A stretch of 64,000 bases of DNA. Source: Zootoca vivipara (Eukaryota). The notes under the pieces are model-generated. The model was not told the origin of the DNA. It saw nothing but the letters and a program-made list of their open reading frames with translations, and searched no databases. Location of the stretch: the NCBI RefSeq assembly GCF_963506605.1, contig NC_083287.1, positions 59,458,001 to 59,522,000 on the forward strand, written 5' to 3'. How positions within the stretch are numbered: the stretch's first letter is position 1; the number at the start of each line of letters is the position of its first letter. Below are positions 36,401 through 49,200 of this stretch, piece by piece. Made by a program: the position numbers and the translations under genes.

Positions 36401-38946
36401 GCAACATGGTAGCGGTTTATCAAATGATGTGTGGCCTGGGGAAAGTGGAGAGAGGAAAGTCACGTAAGAAATCGTGGACATCCAAGGAAGCTGAATGTTG
36501 GGGTATCCAGGACAGATGAAGAAAGTCCTTTACGCTGCACAGTGAATCTGTGGAACTCTCCGCCTCAGGAGGCAGGGGTCGCCACCAACCTGGATGGCTT
36601 GAAAAGAGCACTCGACAACTCCACAGAGGACCAGGCTCTTGGTGGCCACTAGCTATGATGGCTCTTCTTTGCCTGCACGGTCAGACACAAATAAAGGGCT
36701 TGGCCCTTTGGGGGCGTTTGCCTGGCATGGCGGGAGGCAGAGATTTCTGGTGACTCACTGGCTGGTGACTGATGCAGGCAGCTTCACACCTCCAGGTGGT
36801 TGCTCAATGATGTGGGGTGAATAAGGGCAGGTGTGACCTCGCTCCCCAGGTGGGAAAGCTATAAGGGGGAGGGAGAGGCAGGTGGACGGACAAGCAGACG
36901 GATGGAAGCAGAGCTCTGAGGGCTGCCGGGGGTGAAAGGGGCAACTAGCCCCTCAGAAAGGAAAGGGGTGAGTGGGTCAGCCGGCGGCGGGTGGGCACGG
37001 TAGATGATGAAGGGAGAGGGGAGGTGTGTGGGAAAGAGGGTCAGGAAGTGCTTGGTTAATGGAAGGGAAGGGGCTGGGGTGGGGCTTCACCTGTCCTGGG
37101 CATCTCTGTACATCATCCAGCCGCCCCCCCCCCCGGTCTTGTGGCCCCAAAGCCAAAGTCTGATATTTCCCTTCCCTTCCCTAGGTTCCTTCCTAGTCTC
37201 AGATTCTATGATTCTTCCCCTGCTTCCCCAACTCCCAATGATTCTCAGCAACTGGCCTTTATGGGCATCCTGCTGCCCTCATGTGTAGCCTTGTCTCCAC
37301 GAGTTTGTCCAGCCCTCTTTCAACCCTGTCTAGTTTGGTAACCATCAGTACTTCTTGTGGCAGCGAGTTCCACAGTTTATCTGTACGCTGCATGAAGAAT
37401 TGCCCTCTTTGATCTGTTCTGAATCTTCTGATGTTCAGTTTTGCTGGAAGAACACATCCGGTTCTAGTATTTTAAGAGTGGGGCGAGAGAGACTTCTCTC
37501 TAGCCGCTCTGCATGCCTTCTGTAATCTCGCCCTCCCCTGCAGCATAAATCTGCCTCCCTTTTGCTTCCTGTTGGCTGGCTGTTCTTGATCCGGCACCAG
37601 CGTGGCCTAGTGATTAGAATGCCAGGCCAGGACCTGGGAGAGACCAGGGTTCGAATCCCCGCTTGGCCGTGTAGAAACCAGTCATTGCCTCTCAGCCCAG
37701 CCTACCTTGCAGGGTTGCTGTGGGGATCAAAGGGGAGAAAGGATAACTATGCTTGGAGGCACAGGTAGGATATAAATGCAATGAATCAACGGGAACAGCT
37801 CTTCCCAGCCTTCTCTTTTGGAATGCAAGCACCGCCAACATGGGCAACCGCCTGGATGTGAGTCAGGCTCCCAGAGGCCAAGTAGCACCTTTGGGAGCCA
37901 AGTCGGAAGGGGTTTTACCTGCTGCGCCCGGGAACCGGATTTCCTCCAGGCATGTTGGAGGAGCAGAGGTTGCCAGGCCAGACACCCTTGGGATAAAGCA
38001 GCCCAGAACAAGCGGAAGTTTCCTTCTGCTCCTTTGGGGACGTCACAGGCAGGGGGGGCTGCCTCCTCATCCTCCTCATCATCCTCACAGCGGCTTTTGC
38101 TGCCCGGGTGAGAGCTGCTGAAGTCGGCACTTAGGGGGCAGGTGTGCTGGGACAGTCTGTGGGTCTGGATAGTGGTTGTGGGGGAGGCCGAGGGCCAGGT
38201 CCAAGCCCAGCACTGCCAGGAGCCAGGCAGAGACGCCTCCTGCGGTGCATGGGGTTCAGCTGGGCTGCCTCTGGATTTGAGATGGGATTGCCCAGCAGTC
38301 GCTTCTCCACCCCATTTTGACATGGCAGCTGCACAATCCTCCTTTGCATGGCGCCCAGCTAAACTGTGGAACTCCCTCCTGCAGGACGCAGTGAGGACCA
38401 CTGGCCTCGGTGGCTTAAAAGAGGGTTAAACTGATCCATGGTGGAGGCGAAGGCTCTGGGCGACTCTCGCTAGGATGGCTCTGCTCTGCCTGCCCAGCCG
38501 GGGGTAACAATGGCTTCTGAATCCCAGTTGCTCTTGTGCTCAGATCCTGCTTGTGGTTTTTCTCATCTGGTTGGCCCCAAGGGAACAGGAGGCTGGACCA
38601 GACATGCCCCTGGCCTCATCCAGCAAGCAGGCTTTCCTTATTATGTTCTCATGGAACTCCAGGTCCAGAGGCAGGGAGGGAGGGATCTGTGGCCGCTCCA
38701 CTTGATCCTGCCCCTTTGGCCTGATCCAGCCAGGCTCTTTGGGGTTTCTTAGGCTCCCAGCGCCTCTGCCTCCTGACTTTCCAGGATGTGTGGGAAGGAG
38801 CTGAGCCTTCCCTAATCTCTGGAGGCATCAGCGGAGGGGGAGTTGCATCTCGGGTTCAAACTCAGGCTGTGGAGCAGAGAGGTGAGTGAGACTCGGCCCT
38901 GAGTCAGGAGTGAGTCAGGAGAGCTCAAACCCCCAGGAGGACAGAA

Positions 38947-38987
<41 letters not shown>

Positions 38988-41900
38988 GCAACACTGCACC
39001 AAGGGGAGGGGGTTGGCTTCCTTGCGGTGCAATCTGGTGACAGTCACATGGCTTTTATAATGAAGCGCCTTAGATGCCCCTTTGTCCATCTCTGGCATCA
39101 GGACAAAGGCTCTGGGCCTGGGCTGTCCTTCGGGGAGAGCTGCTGGGCTGTGAGGGGGTGCTCTTTGAGGGGCACCTTGAGGTGGGGCTCTGGGGTGCCC
39201 ATTTCAGCTCAGCTGCAGGCCTTCCTTTCCTCAGGGGCCCAGAGTCATCGGCTTGTAGAGCTGCAAGGGACCCTGAGGGAATTCCAGACCAACCCCCTGC
39301 AATGCAGGAACTGTGGCAGAAGAATGGCCTGTGCTCTGGGTCTCAGAAGGATGGCTGCTGTTTGCGCATGGGCAGGGTGGGGTCTTAGGGAATAAACCCT
39401 GTGGAGTCGGCCTGCACACACCCAGGATTGCCGTGATAGCAAGGGTTGAGTTGAGTCTTTGCATATATAAAAGGATGTCATATAGAGGAGGGAGAAAGGT
39501 TGTTTTCTGCTGCTCCAGAGAAGCGGACACGGAGCAATGGATTCAAACTACAAGAAAGAAGATTCCACCTCAACATTAGGAAGAACTTCCTGACAGTAAG
39601 AGCTGTTCGGCAGTGGAATTTGCTGCCAAGAAGTGTGGTGGAGTCTCCTTCTTTGGAGGTCTTTAAGCAGAGGCTTGACAGGCATATGTCAAGAATGCTT
39701 TGATTGTGTTTCCTGCTCGGCAGGAGGTTGGACTGGATGGCCCTCGTGGTCTCTTCCAACTCTACGATTCTATGATTCTACCCCCTAGGGAACAGCTAGG
39801 GATGTCAGCTTCAAAGTGCCCTCTTGGGGGCAGGTTGTGCTGTGCAAAGGTTTTGATGTGCTCCCCAACCCAAATTGTTAGCTGTTGTAATCTTAGCAGC
39901 GGTTAGAAGGTTGGACACTATTTATGGATCATTTTCTGGAATAACATCTTTTGGATGTTATCTTTTAGAAGCCCCAAGGCTTCTAAGACAAGGCAAAGCG
40001 GGTGGCTTGCGGATAAGCTTCCGCCCAGCACCTCTCTCTTTGGAAACATACTACTGGTTGGAGCCCCCCATTTGTTTATTACATTTGCACCCCACTTTTC
40101 CTCAGGGAGGTCCAGGTGGTGTCTAGAGGTCTCCTCCTCACAATGACCCTGCGAGGGAGGTTTGGCTGAGAAGCAGGGACTGGACTCAAGGTCACCCCCA
40201 GCCAGCTTCCTGGCCGAGGGGGGATTTGAACCCTGGTCTCTCCCAGTCTGAGCTGCTAACCACTATGCCACACTGCTTGCAGAGAAGTGTCGTGTGGCGG
40301 ATATCTCACCTGCCACACCTGCAGGAAAAGGACAAGCCACGTGGTGGAGGGAGAGCCAGGATCAGGATCGAGTGGGTGGGTGGGTGGGGGTTGCAGGCAC
40401 CCAGAATGTTGTTTTCTTCCACTTCCCAAGAGGCTGCTAGCTGGCCACTCTTTGGTTCAGAGTTAGCAACTCAGATAGGTCAGCTAATTGCCAAATGGTA
40501 CCTTAAACTTCAGTTGTGGTCCCCGCAATGGAATGGCTAGGCATCATTTTTTCATCTGTGAATCCCCTCCCCCATTTCTATACCATTTTATATTTTAAAG
40601 AAAAAAATCTCAAAAGTGCTTTACAACCCATTGAAACATCAAATAAAACCATCCGGAACAAAATAAAAAACCCCCCAAAAAATCAAGCTTCAAGGGGAAT
40701 ATTTCAGATCCTTCTCCAAGCGACATTTTGGTTTCCCCATATTTATTTGGCGACTTCATTTATAGAGCTGCCCTACAGCAGAAGAACGGCAGGAAGGCAG
40801 CGTGGGGCAGTGGTGAGAGTGTCAGATGAGGACCTGGGAGATCAGGGTTCAAATCCCCACTCGGTCCTGAAGCTCACTGTGTGACCTTGGAGTTAGTTGC
40901 AACCTCTTAGCCTACCTCACAGGGTTGTTGTAGGGATTAACTCACTAAGGGGCATGAACCATGTACTCCTTGGGAGATAAATGCAATAAATGAGCTCTTC
41001 TGCTCACCTGATTCAAAAAGCTGGAGGTGCCTGGGGAATTTTGAGCACTGCTTCTTTCTCCTTGGCAGACTCTGCATCCACCAAAGATTTAGCCGCCTGT
41101 GACCTTGAGGAGGAGGAAGAGGGCGAGCAGAAACAAGGGGAGGCCAACGGGGCAATGGAGGAAGACATGTATGTCGGGGAGCCCCCTGGCGAGAGAGAGG
41201 CAGCCCTCACTGACCCCCCTGCGCAGGACGAACCAGGCAAAGGAGCCTCCCCCAACAGCAGCAGCCCAGGTAGCACTTTGGGGCTGAATGTATGGGGCAA
41301 AAGGGAAAAGCCATTCCTCAGATCAGAGCCTCCCACACTTTGGGGGCCACAACCCCCCCCCCAAGTCCCATAAACTCATCCCAGTGCCCCACCCCGGCCC
41401 TATTAAATGCATTATTCAGAACAGTGCTTTACAGCGAGGGAAATTACAACAATGGATTTCACATCGAGAACAATTAATTGCTTGTTCCAATTAAATCCAA
41501 TTAAAATTATTCATGTTATTCATTTCATTTCTATATATCTGTAAGCCACCTTGAGTCCCTGCCAGAGGAAAAGGCAGGGTCTCAATAAATATAAATATAA
41601 AACAATAAAGTCGTACTTTGGAAACCAAATGGAATCCGTTCCGGAAGTCCGTTCAACTTCCAAAACAGTTGGAAACCAAAGCGCGGCTTCTGATTGGCTG
41701 CAGGAAGCTCCTGCAGCCAATCGGAAGCTGCAGGAAGCCCTGTCGGATGTCCAGCTTCCAAAAATAGTTCCCAAACCAAAACAGTCACTTCCAGGTTTGC
41801 GGCGTTCGGGAGCCAAAACGTTCAAGAACTAAGCTGTTGGAAAATCAAGGTACGGCTATATAAGCACTTTTTATTTGTGACAAAAAACCTTCAAAATGGT

Positions 41901-44900
41901 TTACAACTTGCATTAAAATGTTCCAAAATAAAACATCAAATATAAAATATGCATTCTGAGGGTTTTGTTTTGTTTTTGTTTTTTTTTACAATAAAGCAGT
42001 GTGTAATTTTTATGAAATAAATAAATGAACGAAATGGCAGCATCTTGGAGCAGTGCTTCCCTGCCGGAGCCCCATTTGGCAGCCCTGCCTCCACTGCAGA
42101 GCCACATTATGCCTGCTCTGCCATTGTAAGAGCTCGGTCTTGTCGTGTGGATCTTTTACACTTTGGAACTCCCTGCCTGTTGACTTCCAGCAAGCGCTTT
42201 CGCTGCGCTCCTTTCGGCACCTGCGAAAAAACACCCCTGTTTTAGAGAAGCCTGCCCAGATGTTCAGGAAGCTGATGGGAGATTTAATCTGCTCTGCGTC
42301 TGTTGTTTTAGCTTTTCCAAAGTCTCGGATGTTTGTTATGAGTTCCTCTTACTAGTAAAGTCTTGTTTTATCTCTTTTTTTGGTCAAACACTTGGAGGTT
42401 CTTCCTTTTTAACTGAAAATCTTACGGAAGAAATGACTCCTCAGAGCAGCCCTGTCTCTCCACTTTGGGTTGCTATACATCTGGAATTTCCTGGACAAAT
42501 CCAGAATACTGCAATCGCAAGCTGTGTCTGGGCAAAAATCAGGGAAATGTCCAGGGCAATCCAATGTTGGCAGTGTTGGTTTTGCACAAAAAAGGTCAAC
42601 AACTGTTTTGTCCAGATTTTCACTTTCTGAAATATGTCAACCCTCTCTCCGCTTGCTCTCTAGGCTGCCAAGGCCCCCCCTGGATGTCCCCCCGCCCTCC
42701 AGATCCACCTGGCGCCTGGCAGGGCCTCTGCACCTGGGAGTGCTGGCACCAGCGAGTCCTGGAGCTCCTGGAGCAGGAGCCGCCGGCCAAGAGCCCCCCA
42801 CGGGCCGCTCAGGTGAGCCGAGGGAGTGGGCCGTGGGGTCCTTGGCAGGAGGGAGGGGGAAGAAGCAAGAGGGGAATGTCCCTTGCCAGTTGCTGGACGC
42901 CACTGGGGGGGAGGAGGAGACTCTTGTGGGCTCTTCCTCTATTCTTATGGAGCCTCCAGGTCCAGAGGCAGTCTATCTGGACTCCTAGGTTCTTTGGGGA
43001 GTTTTTCCTGCTGAGAACAGGAGGCTGGCTAGAGGGGCTCCCTTTGGCCTGATCCTGCAGCCCCGTCTCCTGCTCTTACGTCCAGGGCAGGGCCGAGCGG
43101 GAGTCACTGCTGGGGACGCAGGGCGCTTCCTCCTCTCCCGCAGGGTGGGTGGGACTTCTCTGTGCCAGACGGCCTTTCTCTTTTTGTGCACGGCACCCTC
43201 CCCTCTTGGTGTGGGGTCTTTGTGGGAGATCTGCCCCAGCCCCCTGCAGCAGACGGGCCTTGGCTGTCCTCCCCTGGGGAGGGACCCCTCTCTCAGTGCC
43301 TTCTGCCTCACTCCTGATGTTTGGGGGTGCTCAGCCCAAGCTCTGAGCTGCCACATTCTCCCCCCCCACTTCTCTGGAAGAGGCTTATTTTCAGAGGGTG
43401 GGCAGAGGGTGCTAGCTCCCCTGACACCGAGCAGGATCCGGCCTGCTTTCCTTCCAGGTGACGTTTGAGGACGTGGCTGTCTACTTCTCGCCTGAAGAGT
43501 GGGCCCAGCTGATGGCGTGGCAGAAGGACCTGTACTGGGGTGTGATGAAGGAGAACCACGCCCTGGTGGCCTCGCTGGGTGAGGGTCCCCCTCCGAAAGC
43601 CCCCTGGGGGAGGGGGGGTCGCAGCCGCTGGCCCCGAGACACCCCGGAAGGGGAGGCAGCGGCTCTCTCGGGTGGGGTGGGGGTGATGGCGGAGCCTTCA
43701 AGTCAAATCAGGCAAGCTTCACCGGTGATCCACTGGATCCCTTGAAGTTCTGGCTTTACCCCCCCCCCCCATCGCCAGCTGAAGGCTCTTTGTCCTCCCT
43801 TCAGGCCCTTCCACCTCCACAAGGTCCAGCCTCTTCCTGAGGCCTCTCCTAGCTAAGCCTGGCTTGACATGGGCTTCCAAGGGGGGTGAGGCACATGGTC
43901 CCCCCTAGCCGGGACCATTAGGTGGAGCCTCCATGTTCTGCCGCAGTCTTCCTGTGAGTTCCAGAGAGGGCACCTGGCTGGGCCCTGCTCTCCAAGACCC
44001 AGGGGGCTGGGCTGGATTTGGCCCTGCTCTCATCCGGCCACCAGGCTCCTCTTCCTCCTTTTTGGCAAAAGTCCCCTCTCAGGGTGGCAGCGGACTAGAT
44101 GCCCCTTGGCGATCCCTTCCGACGATGCTTCTACGTCCAAACTCTTTTTCCGTGGCCAGGAAGGCCTGAGGCAAATCTCTGACCATTGCCATGGGGAAAC
44201 CAGTTAGAGGCCCTCTCGCTGCTTCCTTGCTCCTCCAGACATGCCACATCCACCCCCCATCTGCCCCCTTCAGGCCCTTGGCACACCCTTGGGCCCAAGT
44301 CTTTCCCGCAGGTGGTGACTTTTCCACTTTCTCTCCCTCGCATGCAGCACCTGCTCGTGTCCCCCAGCCAGAGGTCTTGGGCCGGATAGAGCGAGGGGAG
44401 GCCCCTCCTTCCGAGGCCCCCATGGAGGAAAAGCAGGAAGAGGCTCCCCGAGTGCCCAGCCCAGGTGAGTGAGGCCCCTCGAGGGGCGAAGGTACTGACT
44501 GAGTCCTGCCTTTAAGGGGGTTGGGCTAGATGACCCTTGGGGGTCCCTTCAAACCCTACAACTTTGTGAGCAGCAAATGCGGCCACTGCTGAACCCGATG
44601 CCTCTCAGTTGGCATCAGTTGGTGACCTGGTGCGCATGTGGGTTGGCTGCTCTGGGCTGGCTATGGAGAGCAGTGAGTGGGAATCCTTTTCTGGAGCTCC
44701 TGTCTCCTTTGTGCATCCACAGGAGAAACCCCTTGACAGGCAGGAGTCTGGGGGTGTCTTACCCCCAGGGTTACACCACCCCTGAGGTGTGGCTTCTTAT
44801 CCAAGGCGAGCAGGGAGCAGAGGAAGCTGCTCGATGTTGGTCTGTGGAGCTCAGGATTGCCTACACTGGCTGGCAGCAATCCCTGGCAGCGTTTTGCTCT

Positions 44901-46180
44901 TGTGCCCATCCTGCTGTGACCATCAGTGACGTCCAGCTGAGCTTCGGAGTTTCCTCCTCCTTGCCGTTGTCAGCCTTTCCCAGCATTTATGGTGTAGAAA
45001 CCTCCTTGCAAATTCTGCGGGAACAGTTTATTGCCTCAGGACAACTCAAACCCACGAGGGGCATCGAGTTGAGAGGTGCTGGGGCTTTAGACCTGCCAAT
45101 GCACATACACACATTCTTAGAATCATAGAATCCTAGAGTTGGAAGAGACCACAAAGGCCATCCAGTCCAACCTCCTGCCGAGCAGGAAACACCATCAAAG
45201 CATTCTTGACATATGCCTGTCAAGCCTCTGCTTAAAGACCTCCAAAGAAGGAGACTCCACCACACTCCTTGGCAGCAAATTCCACTGTCGAACAGCTCTT
45301 ACTGTCAGGAAGTTCATAGAATCATAGAATCCTAGAGTTGGAAGAGACCACAAGGGCCATCCAGTCCAACCCCCTGCCAAGCAGGAAACACCATCAAAGC
45401 ATTCTTGACATATGCCTGTCAAGCCTCTGCTTAAAGACCTCCAGAGAAGGAGACTCCGCCACACTCCTTGGCAGCAAATTCCACTGTCGAACAGCTCTTA
45501 CTGTCAGGAAGTTCATAGAATCATAGAATCCTAGAGTTGGAAGAGACCACAAGGGCCATCCAGTCCAACCCCCTGCCAAGCAGGAAACACCATCAAAGCA
45601 TTCTTGACATATGCCTGTCAAGCCTCTGCTTAAAGACCTCCAAAGAAGGAGACTCCACCACACTCCTTGGTAGCAAATTCCACTGTCGAACAGCTCTGAC
45701 TGTCAGGAAGTTCTTCCTAATGTTGAGGTGGAATCTTCTTTCTTGTAGTTTGAATCCATTGCTCCGTGTCCGCTTCTCTGGAGCAGCAGAAAACAACCTT
45801 TCTCCCTCCTCTATATAACATCCTTTTATATATTTGAACATGGCTAGCATATCACCCCTTAACCTTCTCTTCTCCAGGCTAAACTCCTTGGCAGAAAGGG
45901 AGGGAGGACAAATCATGCCAGAGGCCTGGGGCCTTGAGCTGCTTCAGACAGGGCCCCGCAGCCAGCATCCTGAAGACAAACCAGCCAAGAGCCAGACCCA
46001 GCAGCTAGGGCCATTTTGCACATACTGTACACCCAAATGGCACCGGCAAGGCCTCTCCAGGCTTTCAGGCTCAGGGGAATTTCTACACACAGAGTAAGTG
46101 CTCCGTCAGAGAGTTAGGGCTTCCCTCCAAGCACAGTGGCCTGTCCTGTGTGCCTTGGGGATGACTCTCTCCTGCTTCCC

Positions 46181-46218
<38 letters not shown>

Positions 46219-49200
46219 TGGCTCTGGCTGCGGCAGGACTCGCCCCCAGCCCCCTCCCTCTCTCCCCCTGGGTGGCAGCGGCAAAGGCAGTCCCTTCCCC
46301 CGGAGACCTTGGGGGTTCCCTCCTCCAGCCTTAAATTTAGACACAGCTGGATTGTAAGCAAGCAAACAAACTTCAAGGCAGTTTACAAAAAAGATAAGCC
46401 CATCAAATGATCGTGAAGAAAAATTAACAACAATTTAAGACTTTTGAAGAGGAAAAATAACACCAAACTAAAAAGCAGAATTAAAACTCGCGCCAGCATT
46501 CTAAGCACCTGGTTGGCTTGTCTAAACAGGAATGTTTTTTAGCAGGTTCTGAAAGGGGGGAAGGCGAGTACCTGCCCAGTGTCAATAGGCAGGGAGTTCC
46601 AAAGGGCAGCTGCTGCCGCACTAAACAACCAAGTTCTTACAGATGTGGAACAGGTCTTAGGTGGCACCTGGAGCTGTGCCCGTTCCTCTGATCAAAGCGG
46701 TCAAGTGACACCTGTGGGGTCAGACGATCTCCTAGGGAGACGGGTCCCAAGTTGTTAAGGGACACTAATAGTAGCTCTAGGAATTCTCTTTCCATCCCTT
46801 TTCCTTACAAACAGGTAGGTGCAATTTGACTCTACCTTCTAAGGTTCCCTTCTCCTTCTCTCTCCCACTCTCTCTTCTGGGGGCAGGTTCTGGGGCTAAG
46901 GGGCAGCTGGAGGTCAGGAGAGGACCAGGTGGGGAGCATCCCTGCAGCAAGACTCCGACAGAAAAAGCCAAGAGGGACGCTCTGGGTGAGTGGCGCCAGA
47001 AGGCTTAGTGGCAGAGGCCCTGCCTTGCAGGAAGAAGGTCCCGGGTTCAAGTCCCGCTGGCATCTCCAGGGAGGGCTGGGAGAAAGACCCTGCTGAGACC
47101 CTGGAGAGCCATTGCTGCCGGTCAGTGCAGGCCACCCTGGGCTAGAGGTATGCAGCTGGATGGTCTGGGGCATGTGCTCCCTCTCCACCCACCCTGGGGG
47201 TGTTTTCCTGCCCTCCTGGGAAGGAGTGGCTCTGGGCGAATCAGGCTGGCCAGAAAGGGAACCTGAGGGGTGGGGGAAGGGGCACGGGAGCACAAAGGGG
47301 AGCTCTCTGCAAATGGGGGGGGGCTACTTGAGTTGCAGGTGAGTTTCTCCAGGGACACAGAGGGTCTCTGCCTCCCTCCGGAGCAAGGCTGTTTGTGCCC
47401 CTTTGTGATTTGAAATGGGGTGGTCCGAAATGGGCAGAGTCACTGGGGGACCTGCAAAGGCCATCACATCCAGAAGAAGGTTGCCTTGGCGACCTTTTAT
47501 TTCTTCCCCCAGCCACCTGCTTTTTTGCTGAAGAACCTTGAGCTTCCCAGCTTGGAGTGCACCCTCTTTCCTAGCCCTGGCATATAGACGTCATGCCGTG
47601 TCACTATTCATTTATATGGCACCTATTGGCCTAAAACGACACCCTGGGGCAAAGCAGAGAATGCAAACACAACAGAAATCAAACTAAATCTTGTTTCAAA
47701 AGTATTCAAAGACATCTGTTTTCCTTCCCTTAAAGTCCTTCAAGAGCAGCTCCTGGCTTGGAGGGTCCCAGGCAGGGTGGGGGCAAGGCAGGGGCATGGC
47801 TGGCCCTCTGGTCTCTCACCTGTATTGACCTGCCCTTTCTCCTCTGTCCTCCTTCCCCAGCTGACACCAAGCCCCACATCAAGTGCGAGGAGCAGCGGGG
47901 GGACCCCCAGGGGCCAGCCACCCACCACTGCAAGGACTGCGGCTCCAGTTTCCCCGACCGGGACGCCCTGATTTCCCACGTCCTGCGCACCCACTTTGGC
48001 GAGCGAGCGCTGCCTTGCCCGCAATGCGGAAAGTTCTTTGGCAGTGACAGCAGCCTGGCGGCCCACCAGAGCACCCACGGCCTGGAGCGAGTCTTCACCT
48101 GCATCGACTGCAAGAGCACCTTTGTCTACGAGGAGCAGGAGGCAGGCCGGATCCACGCCCAGCTGGCCCTGGGGAAGCTTTTCAAGTGCTTTGGCTGCAG
48201 CTGCAAGATCGCCGCCCTCCTGGCCAGAGACCAGAAGCCAGAGGCACAGGAGGGCTGCCCTCCCTTTGGGGAGCTGGATGCCACCTTCTACAGGTGAGGA
48301 GTCTGGGATTTGCGGGAATGGATCCTCCAGAGTCAGGGGTCACCTCCAGGCATCCTTGACCTGAGAAATTCATCTTGTGGGTTTTTAAAATAAAAAGCTC
48401 CTGGCCTTTGGTCATTCTCTTCCCAGCCTTCCACCATCCAAGGGCCAAAACTAACAAGATTGAATTTCCAAAGCAACAAATGTCAGGTTCTGCAATTAGG
48501 CAGGAAGAATCAGATGCACAAATCTAGGATGGGGGATGCCTGGCTTACTAGCAGCGCATGTGAGAAGGATCCTAGGGGTCTTGGTGGACCACAAGCTGAA
48601 CATGAGTCAACAGTGTGATGCAGCAGCAATAGGAAAAAGCGAATGCTATTCTAGGCTGCATCCACAGAAGTCTAGTGTCCAGATAATAGAATCCTAGAGT
48701 TGGAAGAGACCCCCAAGGGCCATCCAGTCCAACCCCCTGCCGAGCAGGAAACACCATCAAAGCATTCTTGACATGTGCCTGTCAAGCCTCTGCTTAAAGA
48801 CCTCCAAAGAAGGAGACTCCACCACACTTCTTGGCAGCAAATTCCACTGCCGAACAGCTCTTACTGTCAGGAAGTTCTTCCTAATGTTTAGGTGGAATCT
48901 TCTTTCTTGTAGCTTGAATCCATTGCTCCGTGTCCGGTTCTCTGGAGCAGCAGAAAACAACCTTTCTCCCTCCTCCATATGACATCCTTTCATATATTTG
49001 AACATGGCTACCATATCACCCCTTAACCTTCTCTTCTCCAGGCTAAACATACCCAGCTCCCTAAGCCGTTCCTCATAAGGCATCGTTTCCAGGCCTTTGA
49101 CCATTTTCGTTGCCCTCCTCTGGACACGTTCCAGCTTGTCAGTATCCTTCTTGAAGTCATAGAAGGGAAATAAAAAAATTCCTTCAGTAGTACCTTAAAG

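Noticed and set aside
35700-38500. Extra exons of the fusion gene in its first long intron
   Set aside because: Some splice-like signals exist but no domain similarity supports them. RNA-seq would be needed.
45118-45714. CRISPR-like or satellite array
   Set aside because: The units are CR1 3' ends with no unique spacers, and the DNA is eukaryotic.
47003-47070. tRNA gene
   Set aside because: The A/B boxes belong to a tRNA-derived SINE head. There is no complete cloverleaf and related copies occur elsewhere in the window.
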